In this document: positions 9,233-20,006 of the stretch, piece by piece
Layout of the letters: every line of letters starts with the position of its first letter
Position numbering within the stretch: position 1 is the first letter of the stretch
Origin: a virus
Virus record (IMG/VR): IMGVR_UViG_3300042330_000875
Span: 32,001 to 96,000 of that record
DNA: 64,000 nucleotides
Reading direction: 5' to 3' (one strand)
Made by a program: the position numbers and the translations under genes
Notes under the pieces: model-generated
Databases searched by the model: none
The model's input: the letters and a program-made list of their open reading frames with translations, nothing else
What the model was told of the DNA's origin: nothing

Positions 9233-11344
9233 CTAATTAGCTGCAAATCCAAATTGTTTAGTAAATTCTTTTTTATTTTCCGATTCAATTTTCAAAAGAA
9301 TTTCTGGTGTTTCTGTTGCACCAAAATCAATAAATTCTTTTACTGTTTCAAAATCGCCAGGAGCTAAAACATATTGATCATTAAGAATAAATTCATCGGG
9401 TTCTCGATCCCAATACATTTTAAACATTTTTAATTTTTGATCTTTGTTCATATAATTAAATTTAATCTTAATTTGAAACCGTCTTAAAAATGCTTGTTCT
9501 AAAGATTTTTCATAATTGGTTGTAATTGCAAAATCGCATTTACGCAATTGTGTTTGAACTAAAAATTCATTTGCAATACTTTTCATATATTCGGCGCTTT
9601 TACCTTCTTTATTTGTTAAGAAAGTTTCAGCTTCATCAATTAATAAAATTGAATCTTCTTGATAAGCTTGTTCAAAACTTTCGGCAATATTTTGTTCAGT
9701 TTCTCCATAATAAGCAGAAATTAAGTCACTTGGTTTTTTAACCAAAACATTTTTGTTAAATTTTTCACCTAAATAATGAACTAATTGACTTTTACCTGTT
9801 CCACTTGGGCCTGATAAAAGCATATTCCATTTTTTATCAACTGATTTTAATTGATCAACAATTGAATTAACATTAACGTTTGTATTCAATAAACTAAGAT
9901 CATAAACTTTTGAAGCTTCGGTTAATTTAAATTCTCGTTTACGCCCCCAACGATTCATACGGTCGATTTGTTGAACAACATCAATTACGTTTTCTTTTGG
10001 GTTTAAAGCGATAATTTCACAAACTCGTTGAATATCCCAAGGAGTAATGTCGAATGTTTTTGCAAATTGTTTCTTTTGTGTTTCATTAAAGATTTTTTCA
10101 CCGTATTTATTCCAAGTTTTAATGCGTGTTTTTGCACTATGAACTTTAAATTCGGCTGTATATTTCATTCTTCTTAAAAATGAAGTTTCCATATAAACAT
10201 GATTGGCAGTAAAGATTGTTGGGATTGTTGCTTTTTCTAATAAATTATTAACAAACAATTTACTAAATTCTTTATCTTCTCTTGTTAAATCTTCTAATTC
10301 ATCAAAAAGCAAAATAGTATTTTTTTTATTTTTAAAGAATTTTTGAGCTAACACAAAATCACCCAAGCGCTGATCTCTTTTCTTTTCACCCAATGAACTT
10401 TCGCCAACTCGAATTAATTTATATCCAAGAGAGTTTGCTAATGCGCCTGCATATTCGGTTTTACCTGTTCCTGGTTTTCCCCATAATAAAAAGTTTGTTC
10501 CGCGATCATTTTTCTTAATTAAATTTTTAAAAATATTATGAGGAATTGTATCATCATAATCATCTAAACTTAATACTGATTTTTGATCAGTTGGGAAGAA
10601 AATATTTTCAATATCTTTTTTATTGATTTCAGGTGTATCTAAAATTTGTTTTAAACGGTCATCAAATTCAAATGATAAACAACTAAACATCATATCAGAT
10701 TGTTGATAAGTTTTTTTGAAAAACCCAAAACGAAACAAATCAGTATTGCCTAAAAGAATATTTTTTATTTTTTGTTGATCAACTTCAAGAACAATTGATA
10801 ATGCGCGATAATCGCTACCAATTTTCTTAATAAAATAATCAAGATATTCTTTTACGTACCAAAGAGTTGTTTGTTCATTTTCATACATTAAATAAAGTAT
10901 TTTCATTTCTAATTGGTCAAGTGAAATACTTTTACCAAATTTTTTAATATTTTTTGGTAATTTAAAGTTTTCAACAAGCCAATTGTCTTTAATTGTATTA
11001 ACATAAAATTCTAAATCGAAATTTTGAATAAATTGTTCATTTCTACTTTTAATAAAAATATTTTTTTGTTTACCTTCGCGCTCGCCAACTGGATTTTCTT
11101 TTTCATGTTTCATTAATTCATCTTGAAAATTTTGAAACGCTGTTTGTCCTAAAAGTTTTTCATCTCCATGTTCGAATATAAATTCTCTAATAGCAAATGG
11201 TTGTTGAACATAAAGATGATCGAATAATTTATAAAAAATATTTTTTAATAATGTGGATACAATATTCACGTCTGGTTGTCCTTTACCTAAAATTAATTGT
11301 CTTATCCTGTGACCATGTAATTCTTCTATTCGCATTACTTGCAT
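9233..11344 (-). CDS. AAA+ ATPase with two ATPase domains
   Basis: Walker A GKPGTGKT and GPSGTGKS, Walker B LLFDE and LLIDE, arginine fingers FLRR; exact start uncertain. Confidence 0.85.
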   Translation of the reverse strand: MQVMRIEELHGHRIRQLILGKGQPDVNIVSTLLKNIFYKLFDHLYVQQPFAIREFIFEHGDEKLLGQTAFQNFQDELMKHEKENPVGEREGKQKNIFIKSRNEQFIQNFDLEFYVNTIKDNWLVENFKLPKNIKKFGKSISLDQLEMKILYLMYENEQTTLWYVKEYLDYFIKKIGSDYRALSIVLEVDQQKIKNILLGNTDLFRFGFFKKTYQQSDMMFSCLSFEFDDRLKQILDTPEINKKDIENIFFPTDQKSVLSLDDYDDTIPHNIFKNLIKKNDRGTNFLLWGKPGTGKTEYAGALANSLGYKLIRVGESSLGEKKRDQRLGDFVLAQKFFKNKKNTILLFDELEDLTREDKEFSKLFVNNLLEKATIPTIFTANHVYMETSFLRRMKYTAEFKVHSAKTRIKTWNKYGEKIFNETQKKQFAKTFDITPWDIQRVCEIIALNPKENVIDVVQQIDRMNRWGRKREFKLTEASKVYDLSLLNTNVNVNSIVDQLKSVDKKWNMLLSGPSGTGKSQLVHYLGEKFNKNVLVKKPSDLISAYYGETEQNIAESFEQAYQEDSILLIDEAETFLTNKEGKSAEYMKSIANEFLVQTQLRKCDFAITTNYEKSLEQAFLRRFQIKIKFNYMNKDQKLKMFKMYWDREPDEFILNDQYVLAPGDFETVKEFIDFGATETPEILLKIESENKKEFTKQFGFAAN

Positions 11345-11690
11345 CTAAATTTTTAAACCTTTCATAATCTTCACCACTATCAATTAAAATATAACACCAT
11401 GCTTTATTAGCATGTTTATTATCTAAAATGTTGATTTCTTCTCTTTGGTAAAATTTACCATTACTTTCCAAATAATCTAAATCTTCTAAAGTTAATATAT
11501 CAACTTGATAAATTTCTCCTTCAACTGAATTATTTCCTTTAATCATACCAGGAAAACTTCCTAAGTTAATTAAATCAAAATTAAATTCAGTTCTTGCATT
11601 TCCTAAAAATTTATTATTTGGATTATTAATAATTAAATCATTATTATGAAAATTTTTCTTTAAACTTCCATAAACAAAAACATTATACAT
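11283..11690 (-). CDS. Gamma-glutamylcyclotransferase (AIG2-like)
   Basis: VFVYGSLK, VEGEIY, LDYLE..YQR; RBS AAGGAG. Confidence 0.85.
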   Translation of the reverse strand: MYNVFVYGSLKKNFHNNDLIINNPNNKFLGNARTEFNFDLINLGSFPGMIKGNNSVEGEIYQVDILTLEDLDYLESNGKFYQREEINILDNKHANKAWCYILIDSGEDYERFKNLDASNANRRITWSQDKTINFR

Positions 11691-11826
11691 ATTTTTACTC
11701 CTTTTAACAAAGATTAACTTATTTTTTGGTTTTGTCAAGCTAAACATTTTAAAGAATTTTATATTCTAAAAAATTAACAATTTCTTTTAAATAATTAAAA
11801 TATCTATGTTTTCTGAGGATTTTTAA

Positions 11827-14634
11827 ATGCCAGTTGTATCAAATGCAAGAATTACGCCATTAACCGGAGAAGTAACATTTTTACCTGATGATCCAAATCA
11901 AGCAGCAAGTGGTAATTCAAATGCTGATGCTGGTGCAACCGCGCCTATTTATGTAAAAACCGTTCAAGGAGAAAATCTTGGTAGTGGTGAAGAATTATTT
12001 AAATCTTCATTAGGTAGTCAAGATATTGTTTTTACTTTTAAAACATTAAAAGCCGGTACTGGTGTTGTTTTACAATCTGATGGTGAAGAAATTACAATTA
12101 ATAATACTGGAACCAGTAGTTTTATTGGATTATCAGATGGTCCTGGTTCTATTGTTTCAAATGGTATTTTAGTTGGTAATCAAAGTGCTGATCAATTAGT
12201 TTATATTACTCCACCTGCACAATCAAATTTATTTTTATCATTTAATGGAACAGATTTTGTTTGGGATACAATACCTGTTAATGTTGGTGAAATTAATACA
12301 GGTAATAATTTAGGTTCAATTGGTGAAGGTGTTTATGCTAGTAAAACTGGAACAGTATTAAACTTTAAAAAAATTCGTGCTGGTTCTGGAATTACAGTAA
12401 CTTCATCATTAAATGATATAACAATTACTGGTTCTGGTGAAGCAAATAGTGGAAGTAATTTAGGAAGTGGATTAAGCGTTTATGCTGGAAAATCAGGAAC
12501 AACTTTAAATTTTAAAACCTTAAAGGTAACAGGTGATTTAACTTCAAATTTTACAGCAAATGATATAACAATTAATTCCAATTTACAAGCAGAAAATATT
12601 GGTTTAACTGGAACTGGTTTGTTTGCACAAAAAAATAATAATTTTTTGCAATTTAAAAAATTATTAAGTGGTGGCAATATTACAATTTCAGAAACAGCAG
12701 AAAATGTAACATTAACTGTTCCTGCCGGTGAAATTGCAGAAATGACAAATTTAGGTGTAGGTGGTGCAGGAACAGGACAAATTTTCCGTGATAAAACTGC
12801 ATCAACATTTAATATGCGTCGTTTAGTTGCTGGTTCAAACGTTTCTATTGTTCAAACAGGCAATGATATTACTATAAATTCAACTACAGGTGGTGGAACA
12901 GTAACAAGTGTTACAGCAGTTGGAGCAAATGGAATTGTTGTTACAGGTGGACCAATTACAACATCTGGTTCATTAACTGTTGGTTTAAATCCAAGTGGTG
13001 CTTCGGCTGGTTCTTATGTAAATCCAACATTAACAGTAAATGATCGTGGATTAATTACATCAATTACAAGCAATCCTAGTGGTGGTGAAGCTAATACCGC
13101 AAGTAATTTGGGTGTAGTTGGACCAGGAACCGCACAAATTTTTTCTAATAAAACAGGTGTTGATTTACAATTTAGACGTTTGGTTGCTGGTGCTGGTATT
13201 AATTTATCTCAAAACTCAACTGACATACAAATTTCAAATAGTACATTAGGAACCGTAACATCAGTTGGTTTAACCGGCTCAAGTAGTATTTCAATAACTG
13301 GCGCATCACCTATTACTTCTTCTGGAACATTTGCTTTAGATTTAACTAATACAGGTGTTGCTGCTGGAACTTATTCTTATCCAACAATGCAAATTGATGC
13401 AAAAGGAAGAATTTTAGCAATTAGTAACAATATAGTTTCAGGTGGAACTGTAACAAGTGTTACTTTAAATCCATTAAGTAATAAAATTTCAATTTCAGGA
13501 AGTCCAATTACAACATCTGGAACTATCAATTTAGATGTAAATGAAAATAATTTAAACATTGCTAATATGACTGGTACTTTAAGTTATACTCGTGGTGGTA
13601 CTGGATTAACAACAACAACATTAGGAAGTTTATTAGTTCAAACTGCAACTGGTTATAATTCATTACCAATAGGTACACAAGATCAAGTATTAACCGTTGA
13701 TAGTGGAAACATTATTTGGTCAACTATTTCTGCAATGACCGATCCAACAACTACGGCAGGTGATTTAATTTATCGCAATACAAGTAATGCGATTGATCGT
13801 TTACCCGTTGGTTCAAACAATCAAGTATTAACAGTAGTTTCAGGAACATTACAATGGGCGAATAGTCCAAGTGGTTTTGCTGATCCAATGACAACAAGTG
13901 GTGATATTATCATTCGTAATAATTCAAATATTACAAGCAGATTACCAGTTGGAACAAATAATCAAATTTTAACTGTTATTGGTGGGAATGTTGTTTGGAG
14001 CAATCCTGCTTTTACAAATCCATTAACAACTGCTGGCGATTTAATGTATCAAAATTCTTCAGCAACGAGATTACCAATTGGTACCAATGGTCAAGTATTA
14101 ACTGTTGATGCTGGATTACCTAAATGGATGAACAATGCAAGTGGTTTTTCTGATCCAATGACCAATGCAGGCGATATTATTATTAGAAATGGTTCAAATA
14201 CAACTACAAGATTACCAATTGGTACAACTAATCAAGTATTATCTGTAGGTGTATCAGGTGTTCCAGAATGGGCAACTACCACAGCCGCACAAACCACTTA
14301 TACGTTTAAAGTAAATTTTGATGGTTCAGGAAACATTGATATAACAACACCATTTTCTGATGTTCCTGTTGGTTGGTCAATTAGTCGAGATAATACCAAT
14401 CAATTTACAGTAACACACAATTTAGGTAATGGTGCAACACCAAAAACAGCGTTGATTGGTTATGCTTTACATACAACTTATGGTTTTATTCAAAAAATTG
14501 TAACAGGTAATCCACCTACTCAATATTCTTGCACATTTAGTCCTACTAATAAAACATTTACTGTTTATAGTGCAAGTTTATCAAATGCACAAGTAAGTAT
14601 TAATTCATACATTTTATATAAAATAACTTTCTGA
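11827..14634 (+). CDS. Long repetitive Gly/Thr-rich virion fibre-like protein
   Basis: About 6 NLG..G..K.G..L.F(K/R).L.AG repeats, GTVTSV repeats, and 4-5 DPMTT.GD(I/L)..R..TRLP(V/I)GT.NQVL repeats. Confidence 0.7.
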   Translation: MPVVSNARITPLTGEVTFLPDDPNQAASGNSNADAGATAPIYVKTVQGENLGSGEELFKSSLGSQDIVFTFKTLKAGTGVVLQSDGEEITINNTGTSSFIGLSDGPGSIVSNGILVGNQSADQLVYITPPAQSNLFLSFNGTDFVWDTIPVNVGEINTGNNLGSIGEGVYASKTGTVLNFKKIRAGSGITVTSSLNDITITGSGEANSGSNLGSGLSVYAGKSGTTLNFKTLKVTGDLTSNFTANDITINSNLQAENIGLTGTGLFAQKNNNFLQFKKLLSGGNITISETAENVTLTVPAGEIAEMTNLGVGGAGTGQIFRDKTASTFNMRRLVAGSNVSIVQTGNDITINSTTGGGTVTSVTAVGANGIVVTGGPITTSGSLTVGLNPSGASAGSYVNPTLTVNDRGLITSITSNPSGGEANTASNLGVVGPGTAQIFSNKTGVDLQFRRLVAGAGINLSQNSTDIQISNSTLGTVTSVGLTGSSSISITGASPITSSGTFALDLTNTGVAAGTYSYPTMQIDAKGRILAISNNIVSGGTVTSVTLNPLSNKISISGSPITTSGTINLDVNENNLNIANMTGTLSYTRGGTGLTTTTLGSLLVQTATGYNSLPIGTQDQVLTVDSGNIIWSTISAMTDPTTTAGDLIYRNTSNAIDRLPVGSNNQVLTVVSGTLQWANSPSGFADPMTTSGDIIIRNNSNITSRLPVGTNNQILTVIGGNVVWSNPAFTNPLTTAGDLMYQNSSATRLPIGTNGQVLTVDAGLPKWMNNASGFSDPMTNAGDIIIRNGSNTTTRLPIGTTNQVLSVGVSGVPEWATTTAAQTTYTFKVNFDGSGNIDITTPFSDVPVGWSISRDNTNQFTVTHNLGNGATPKTALIGYALHTTYGFIQKIVTGNPPTQYSCTFSPTNKTFTVYSASLSNAQVSINSYILYKITF

Positions 14635-14643
14635 GGTAATTAA

Positions 14644-16008
14644 ATGCCAATTTTTCCTTCTAAACTATTACCTTTGGATATTTTAACAATTGTGCCACAA
14701 GCCAATTGGATAGAAAATGATGGAACTGGTGATCCTTGGATTGGTAATCCTTATCGTTGGACTTTAACGGCCAATGTTTCTGCACAAACCCATTCTTGTC
14801 ATTTAACTCCAACTCCTTTTTTATATGACGGAAATGATATTTTTGTAGGTATGTGGTTAGCTGATATATTAAGTGGGTTATCAGTAAAAATTGTTACTAT
14901 AAATTCACAAAATGCAAATCAAATAAATTGTATTGTTGAAGATGTTGATCGTTTTAATACATTTTCTGATCCTTCACAAAACGGAATTGGAATTGGAAAT
15001 ACCGGAACTGGTTTTTGTTTTCAATTAGGGGAAGATGGTTTACCAGTTTTAGGAAATATGACTTCAAGTGGCCCAATTTTAAAACAAAATCCAGCTTGGC
15101 AAGAAGATTTAGTTGGTAGATTTCGTTCAAGAAACTTTACAAAAGATTATATTAATGTTTTACAACCTTCACACGGTTTACAACCCGACGATTTAATTAG
15201 ATTAAATGGTTCTGGTAATTTTGTTAAAGCGCAAGCAACAAGTTTATTGGCTGCAAACGTAATTGGTAAAGTAGTTGATGTTGGAATTCCCGGTATTAAT
15301 TATTTTAGTTATAAACCATTTGGTGATATTCGTTCAACTTCTACTGTATTACCTGGAACACCTGGAAATTTATTATATTTAAATCCAACTACTCCTGGAA
15401 CATTTACTTTATCTAAGCCTTCTATTTGGAGTAAATCAGTTGCAATTAAAATGTCAGATACAAAAGCAATGTTTTTTGCTAGTAATTTTGATGCTATTAC
15501 AAGTGCAGGATATACAAATAATGCTTATCAAGTTAACACTATTGCAGAACGTGATGCTTTAATTGGGGTTAATATTGGTGATCAAGTACGAGTTAATAAT
15601 GTTGGAAATAATCGTTGGGGATTATACAGTTATTCAACTGGTAATGTTTGGAGTTTAATATCAACACAAGAAGCAGTTGCAACTGATGCACAAACAATTA
15701 ATTTAATTGTTAATTTTGATTCAATTTCGCCAACTCAAATAGCACAAGTATTAAGTGGAACTAAAATTATTGAGGCAACTATTAGAGTAATTACGCCATT
15801 TAATGGAACTACACCAACAATAACAATTGGTGGTCCTTCAAGTAATGATTCAATAATGAAAATAAATCATAGTGATTTAAAAGCAATTGGTTTTTATGAA
15901 AAATCTTCAGAATTTGTATATCCGGTTGATTCAATTGTTAATTATTATTTAAATACTTCAGGTTCTACCGCAGGTTCACTTGAATTAACATTAACTTATG
16001 TTCGATGA
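14644..16008 (+). CDS. Putative virion structural protein
   Basis: In operon with fibre genes; C-terminal half paralogous to 56448..57506. Confidence 0.6.
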   Translation: MPIFPSKLLPLDILTIVPQANWIENDGTGDPWIGNPYRWTLTANVSAQTHSCHLTPTPFLYDGNDIFVGMWLADILSGLSVKIVTINSQNANQINCIVEDVDRFNTFSDPSQNGIGIGNTGTGFCFQLGEDGLPVLGNMTSSGPILKQNPAWQEDLVGRFRSRNFTKDYINVLQPSHGLQPDDLIRLNGSGNFVKAQATSLLAANVIGKVVDVGIPGINYFSYKPFGDIRSTSTVLPGTPGNLLYLNPTTPGTFTLSKPSIWSKSVAIKMSDTKAMFFASNFDAITSAGYTNNAYQVNTIAERDALIGVNIGDQVRVNNVGNNRWGLYSYSTGNVWSLISTQEAVATDAQTINLIVNFDSISPTQIAQVLSGTKIIEATIRVITPFNGTTPTITIGGPSSNDSIMKINHSDLKAIGFYEKSSEFVYPVDSIVNYYLNTSGSTAGSLELTLTYVR

Positions 16009-16018
16009 GGAAAAATAA

Positions 16019-17656
16019 ATGACTACTAAAAATTTTGGTTTAATTGGTGTAGGTTCTACACTTCAACTTGGGAAAAATGGCGGTGTTTTTGATTTTAACA
16101 CTGGCAAATTACGTGCTAGAAATGCTGCCAATTCAGCATTTATTAATTTTCAAGCAGCAAGTCCAGTAGCAAATGATGATGTAGCAACTAAACAATATGT
16201 TGATGGCTTAGTTGCAGGTGGCGTAAGATATCGTGGTACAGTTGATGCAAGTGCAGCCAACCCTGCTGCTGCTGGTGTTATTGGTATTCCCGCAAATGGC
16301 GATCAATATAAAGCAACAACAGCCGGTAATACTGCATTTGGTTTTCAATTAAATGTTGGTGATTTTGTCATTTATAATGGTACAATTTGGGATAAAATCG
16401 ATGCAACTGATCCAAGTATAACTGGTACGTCAAATCGTATTACTGTAACTGCAACTGGTGATACATCTTATCAAGTTGATATTGCTTCAACTTATGTTGG
16501 TCAAACTTCTATTACTACATTGGGTACAATTACAACTGGTACTTGGAATGGTACAGTAATTGGAACAACTTATGGTGGTACTGGATTAGGGTCATTAGGT
16601 ACAGCCAATCAACAATTACGTGTTAATGCTGGCGGAACTGCTTTAGAATATTTTACACCTACTGCAATTGATTCAACAAGAATTACAAACTTAGGTGGCA
16701 CAACTTTTGTTGATACAGATGAGGTTGCTAATACTGTTGTAGCAAACGTAAATGGTGATCGTGTATTTGAAATTAAAAATACTGGCGGAACTGCTGATAG
16801 CATTTTTGAAATTGAAGCTGGAACCGCTGGTGAAATTTCTATTAATGTTACTTCTGGTACTGCAACTGATAGTGATCTTCGTTTAAATCCGCTTGGTAAT
16901 GGTCGTGTTATTGTTGGTGGAACAGGCGCAGCAGTAGTTCAAGCTAATACAGATGAAGATTTGCAATTATTTGCTGGTGATGGCGTAAATGGTGGCGATT
17001 TAGTTCTTAAAGCTGGTAATGGTTCTACAACTTCAGGCACAATTCGTTTCTTAGATAATTCAGCTTCAGAAAATCTTATTTTTGAAGTTGGTGCTGGTAA
17101 TGCTGCAACCAATCTTGAATTAACTTCAAGTGCAACTGGTGTAACATTGTCTGCAAAAGGTTCAGCAACTAATATCGATTTAATTCTTGGTTCAAAAACC
17201 CCAGGTAATAACGTTGGTTTAGTAAAAGCTGTTGCTGGTTATGATGCTGCTTTAACAACCAATTATGCAACTGATTCTAATGAAACTTTTGTAACATTAG
17301 GTACAGTAAAAGCTAAATTAGCTGAAGTTGCTGCTGGTGTTGATCCAGAAGTTCGTCGTGGTTCATTTACAACAACTGCTTCAACCAATATTGGTACAGT
17401 ATTACCAACTGTTGCATATATCGGTCGTGCAATTGTAAGAGTTACAAGTGCTTATACAAGTGGTGGCACATTTACATTAAAAGCTGGTGCGACTACAATT
17501 GCCGGTGATTCTGATGTTGATTTACAAGCAACTGGTACTTATTTGATTGACATTTATGATGGTGCAAATTATGGGGCAACACAACTTGCAGTTGAAATTG
17601 GTGGTTCACCTGCTGCTGGTGCTGCAATAATTTCGGTTGAATATAAAATTGCTTAA
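16019..17656 (+). CDS. Putative virion fibre/structural protein
   Basis: DDVATKQYVD, YVGQTSITTLGTITTGTWNG, GGTG motifs; N-terminus paralogous to 54580..56433. Confidence 0.65.
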   Translation: MTTKNFGLIGVGSTLQLGKNGGVFDFNTGKLRARNAANSAFINFQAASPVANDDVATKQYVDGLVAGGVRYRGTVDASAANPAAAGVIGIPANGDQYKATTAGNTAFGFQLNVGDFVIYNGTIWDKIDATDPSITGTSNRITVTATGDTSYQVDIASTYVGQTSITTLGTITTGTWNGTVIGTTYGGTGLGSLGTANQQLRVNAGGTALEYFTPTAIDSTRITNLGGTTFVDTDEVANTVVANVNGDRVFEIKNTGGTADSIFEIEAGTAGEISINVTSGTATDSDLRLNPLGNGRVIVGGTGAAVVQANTDEDLQLFAGDGVNGGDLVLKAGNGSTTSGTIRFLDNSASENLIFEVGAGNAATNLELTSSATGVTLSAKGSATNIDLILGSKTPGNNVGLVKAVAGYDAALTTNYATDSNETFVTLGTVKAKLAEVAAGVDPEVRRGSFTTTASTNIGTVLPTVAYIGRAIVRVTSAYTSGGTFTLKAGATTIAGDSDVDLQATGTYLIDIYDGANYGATQLAVEIGGSPAAGAAIISVEYKIA

Positions 17657-17675
17657 TAATTAAAATATTAAAATA

Positions 17676-17707
17676 AAAAGGGGGAGAAATAATTCTCCCC
17701 CTTTTTT
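17676..17707 (+). terminator. Intrinsic terminator
   Basis: GGGGGAGAA/TTCTCCCCC stem plus T-run. Confidence 0.75.
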
Positions 17708-17832
17708 GTTCTGATAAAAGAAACTAAACTCAGAACTAACTTGCTTTTTTTAATCTACTGTACAATCAGGAGTGATAGGTTTCTTTATATTCTAAATATA
17801 TCTTTTATTGATCGAATTGTCAATCTTTATTT

Positions 17833-18171
17833 TTATTCTTTTGAAATATTTTCTACATTATATTCCATAAAATCGCTTAGAACAAAAAACAGATATACTA
17901 AAGCAGGAGCGCCGTTAAACAATAAAATCGCAAATAAAACAATAATATTTAGTTTACCACCAGAAGTATTAAGAAAGTAATCAGCAAGTGATTTGGAATT
18001 AAAAACTTTTTGTCCATACGTATTATACATTTTTTTCATATTATGCAATGAGTAAAATAGATAAGCAAAAATAAGAAAAACAATTGCAAAATAAATAATC
18101 GAACCTGTTGTAATAGCCAAAGTTGAATTTACAATTACATCTTGTGATGGGAAAAAAGTAGTAGTAGGCAT
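17833..18171 (-). CDS. Hypothetical membrane protein
   Basis: Two hydrophobic segments; start ATG 18171 after AAGGAG. Confidence 0.65.
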   Translation of the reverse strand: MPTTTFFPSQDVIVNSTLAITTGSIIYFAIVFLIFAYLFYSLHNMKKMYNTYGQKVFNSKSLADYFLNTSGGKLNIIVLFAILLFNGAPALVYLFFVLSDFMEYNVENISKE

Positions 18172-18264
18172 ATTGATTTCTCCTTGTGTTTGGCGATATT
18201 GCCGTGTTGATAAAATGATATTAGTATATTTGTTATTAGTTGTCAATACCTTTTTTATTATTGT

Positions 18265-18558
18265 TTAAGAAAAAATAATAAAAACCATACCGACACCAAT
18301 CATAAAAATAGGTCGAAAATAGGCCATAAATTTGAAAAATTTTTTATTTATTTGTCCTTCTTTTCCGGTAAGTTTTAAAATTAAAGCATCATTTGCTTTA
18401 ATCCAAGCATCCCAATTAACTTGTGTCGTTTTTAGGTCAATGTCCGCAAACCCAAGAGGAATAGTAATTGTTTTACCATTTAAAACATAGATAAACAATC
18501 GGCGTCCATAAACAAGCATTAAAAATACACCAAAAATTTGCAATGCATACGTAATCAT
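18265..18558 (-). CDS. Hypothetical membrane protein
   Basis: Two hydrophobic segments; AAGGAG RBS. Confidence 0.7.
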   Translation of the reverse strand: MITYALQIFGVFLMLVYGRRLFIYVLNGKTITIPLGFADIDLKTTQVNWDAWIKANDALILKLTGKEGQINKKFFKFMAYFRPIFMIGVGMVFIIFS

Positions 18559-18561
18559 TTG

Positions 18562-18640
18562 ATTTCTCCTTGGTTGTGTTTTGACGTTTCCGTCTTGATG
18601 TACCGATAATAGAAAATTTTCTGGTTTGTGTCAAGCATAT
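18562..18640 (-). promoter_or_regulatory. Conserved sigma70-type early promoter/leader cassette
   Basis: TTGACA-17-TATTAT with AGAAAATTTTC spacer, ATCAAGACGGAAACGTC leader hairpin, AAGGAG; repeated at 21318 and 57741. Confidence 0.8.
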
Positions 18641-18664
18641 TTTTTGAAAATGTTTTGAAAAATT

Positions 18665-18690
18665 AAAAGGCGGGAAATTTCCCGCCTTTT
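18665..18690. terminator. Bidirectional terminator
   Basis: AAAAGGCGGGAAATTTCCCGCCTTTT; identical at 20625, near-identical at 40285. Confidence 0.8.
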
Positions 18691-18811
18691 ATGATAATGT
18701 TTTGTTTTCCTCACCATGAAACGCATTAACTTAACAAAGGAACAAAACTTGGTATGCTTGGTTTTATCACGAAACCCCTGGAGGTAGTTAAGTTTTTACT
18801 ACGTGCGCCAT
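18665..18811 (-). ncRNA. Candidate small structured RNA
   Basis: TTGACA (18841-46) and TAATAT promoter, no credible ORF, internal complementarity, ends at a terminator. Confidence 0.4.
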
Positions 18812-18857
18812 AATTGAATATTATTATTTTTAATGGTAGTTGTCAAGAAGTTTTATT

Positions 18858-19028
18858 TTAAAGTTTAAAATATTCTGATTTAAATTCATAAGAATTAATT
18901 TGTTTCATACGAGCAAAAATTCTTGCTAAACTTTTTATAGAATATTCTTTTTGACAAACACCAGCAAACATCCAAGAAGAATTTTCTGGTTTTATGTAAA
19001 CTTCATAACAATAAGAATTTTTATTCAT
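18858..19028 (-). CDS. Small hypothetical protein (56 aa)
   Basis: Manual translation MNKNSYCYEVYIKPENSSWMFAG...; fills the gap after clpP. Confidence 0.45.
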   Translation of the reverse strand: MNKNSYCYEVYIKPENSSWMFAGVCQKEYSIKSLARIFARMKQINSYEFKSEYFKL

Positions 19029-19089
19029 AGTTTATTTATTTTGAATTTTATAAGAAGAGAATTAATTCTCTTCTTATTAAAAATTGCTA

Positions 19090-19698
19090 TTATCGAAGAG
19101 CGGGTGTAATTTGGTCAATTAAACCAATTTCAAGTGCCTGTTCTGGCGTCATCCAATAATCATGGCGCATTGTTTCTTTAAAATAATTATAATCTTTGCC
19201 TTTAAATCCACAATGTTTAACATATTTTTGTGTAAGAAGATCGTTTAAACGTCGCATTTCTTCAAGATTAATTTCCATATCATTTAATTTGCCGCCGCCC
19301 CCGCCATGTTGTGCAATTTGATGAATCATTATAGTTGAATTGGGAAGTGCGTATCTGTGATTTGGCTCCCCGGACATAAGCAGGAACGATCCCATGCTGG
19401 CACACAAAGATACGCCATAGGTATAAATTGGGCTTTTGCTGGCTAAAATACAGTCGTATAATCCCAGGCCCGCCAGAACTGAGCCGCCTTGAGAATTAAT
19501 ATAAAAATGAATAGGTTTTGTATCATTTTCATAGTTTAAATAAAAAATTTGTGCAATCAAAGATGATACAGCCTGATCTGTTACTTGTCCATTTAAAAAA
19601 ATAGTGCGATTACGTAATAACATTGAAAAAATATCCATAGCTCGCTCTCCGCGAGAATCGCTTTCAATTACCATAGGTACTAAACTATTCACATTCAT
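19090..19698 (-). CDS. clpP: ATP-dependent Clp protease proteolytic subunit
   Basis: LVPMVIE..GERAMDIFS, YINSQGGSV, CASMGSFL (Ser), MIHQ (His), RHDYWM (Asp). Confidence 0.95.
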   Translation of the reverse strand: MNVNSLVPMVIESDSRGERAMDIFSMLLRNRTIFLNGQVTDQAVSSLIAQIFYLNYENDTKPIHFYINSQGGSVLAGLGLYDCILASKSPIYTYGVSLCASMGSFLLMSGEPNHRYALPNSTIMIHQIAQHGGGGGKLNDMEINLEEMRRLNDLLTQKYVKHCGFKGKDYNYFKETMRHDYWMTPEQALEIGLIDQITPALR

Positions 19699-19712
19699 TT
19701 ATTTTGTTTCTC

Positions 19713-20006
19713 CTAAATATAAATTTTACTTTGTAATAATAACATAACTTCATCGGTTGAATCTTCCAACCAGATATAAACTTTTTCATTCCATCGTTGA
19801 CAATGAAACTTTCCTTTACATTTATTGTCTAAATGTTTTTTAATTAAATTATCTAAAATATATTCTGATTGATAATCTCCTTGATAATCTATACTAATAA
19901 AATAATAATTATTTTTTACATTATCATTAAATGCTTGAAATTTGGTTTCTTCAAATGCTTGAATAGGTAATTCAATTTTTCTCAATCTATTTGCAGATTT
20001 AATCAT
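19713..20006 (-). CDS. Hypothetical protein with C-terminal DSTDEVMLLLQ helix
   Basis: ORF between the Nudix gene and clpP. Confidence 0.7.
   Translation of the reverse strand: MIKSANRLRKIELPIQAFEETKFQAFNDNVKNNYYFISIDYQGDYQSEYILDNLIKKHLDNKCKGKFHCQRWNEKVYIWLEDSTDEVMLLLQSKIYI

Noticed and set aside
11827-14634. DNA-level tandem repeat element in the fibre gene
   Set aside because: Repeats are degenerate at nucleotide level and explained by protein repeats.
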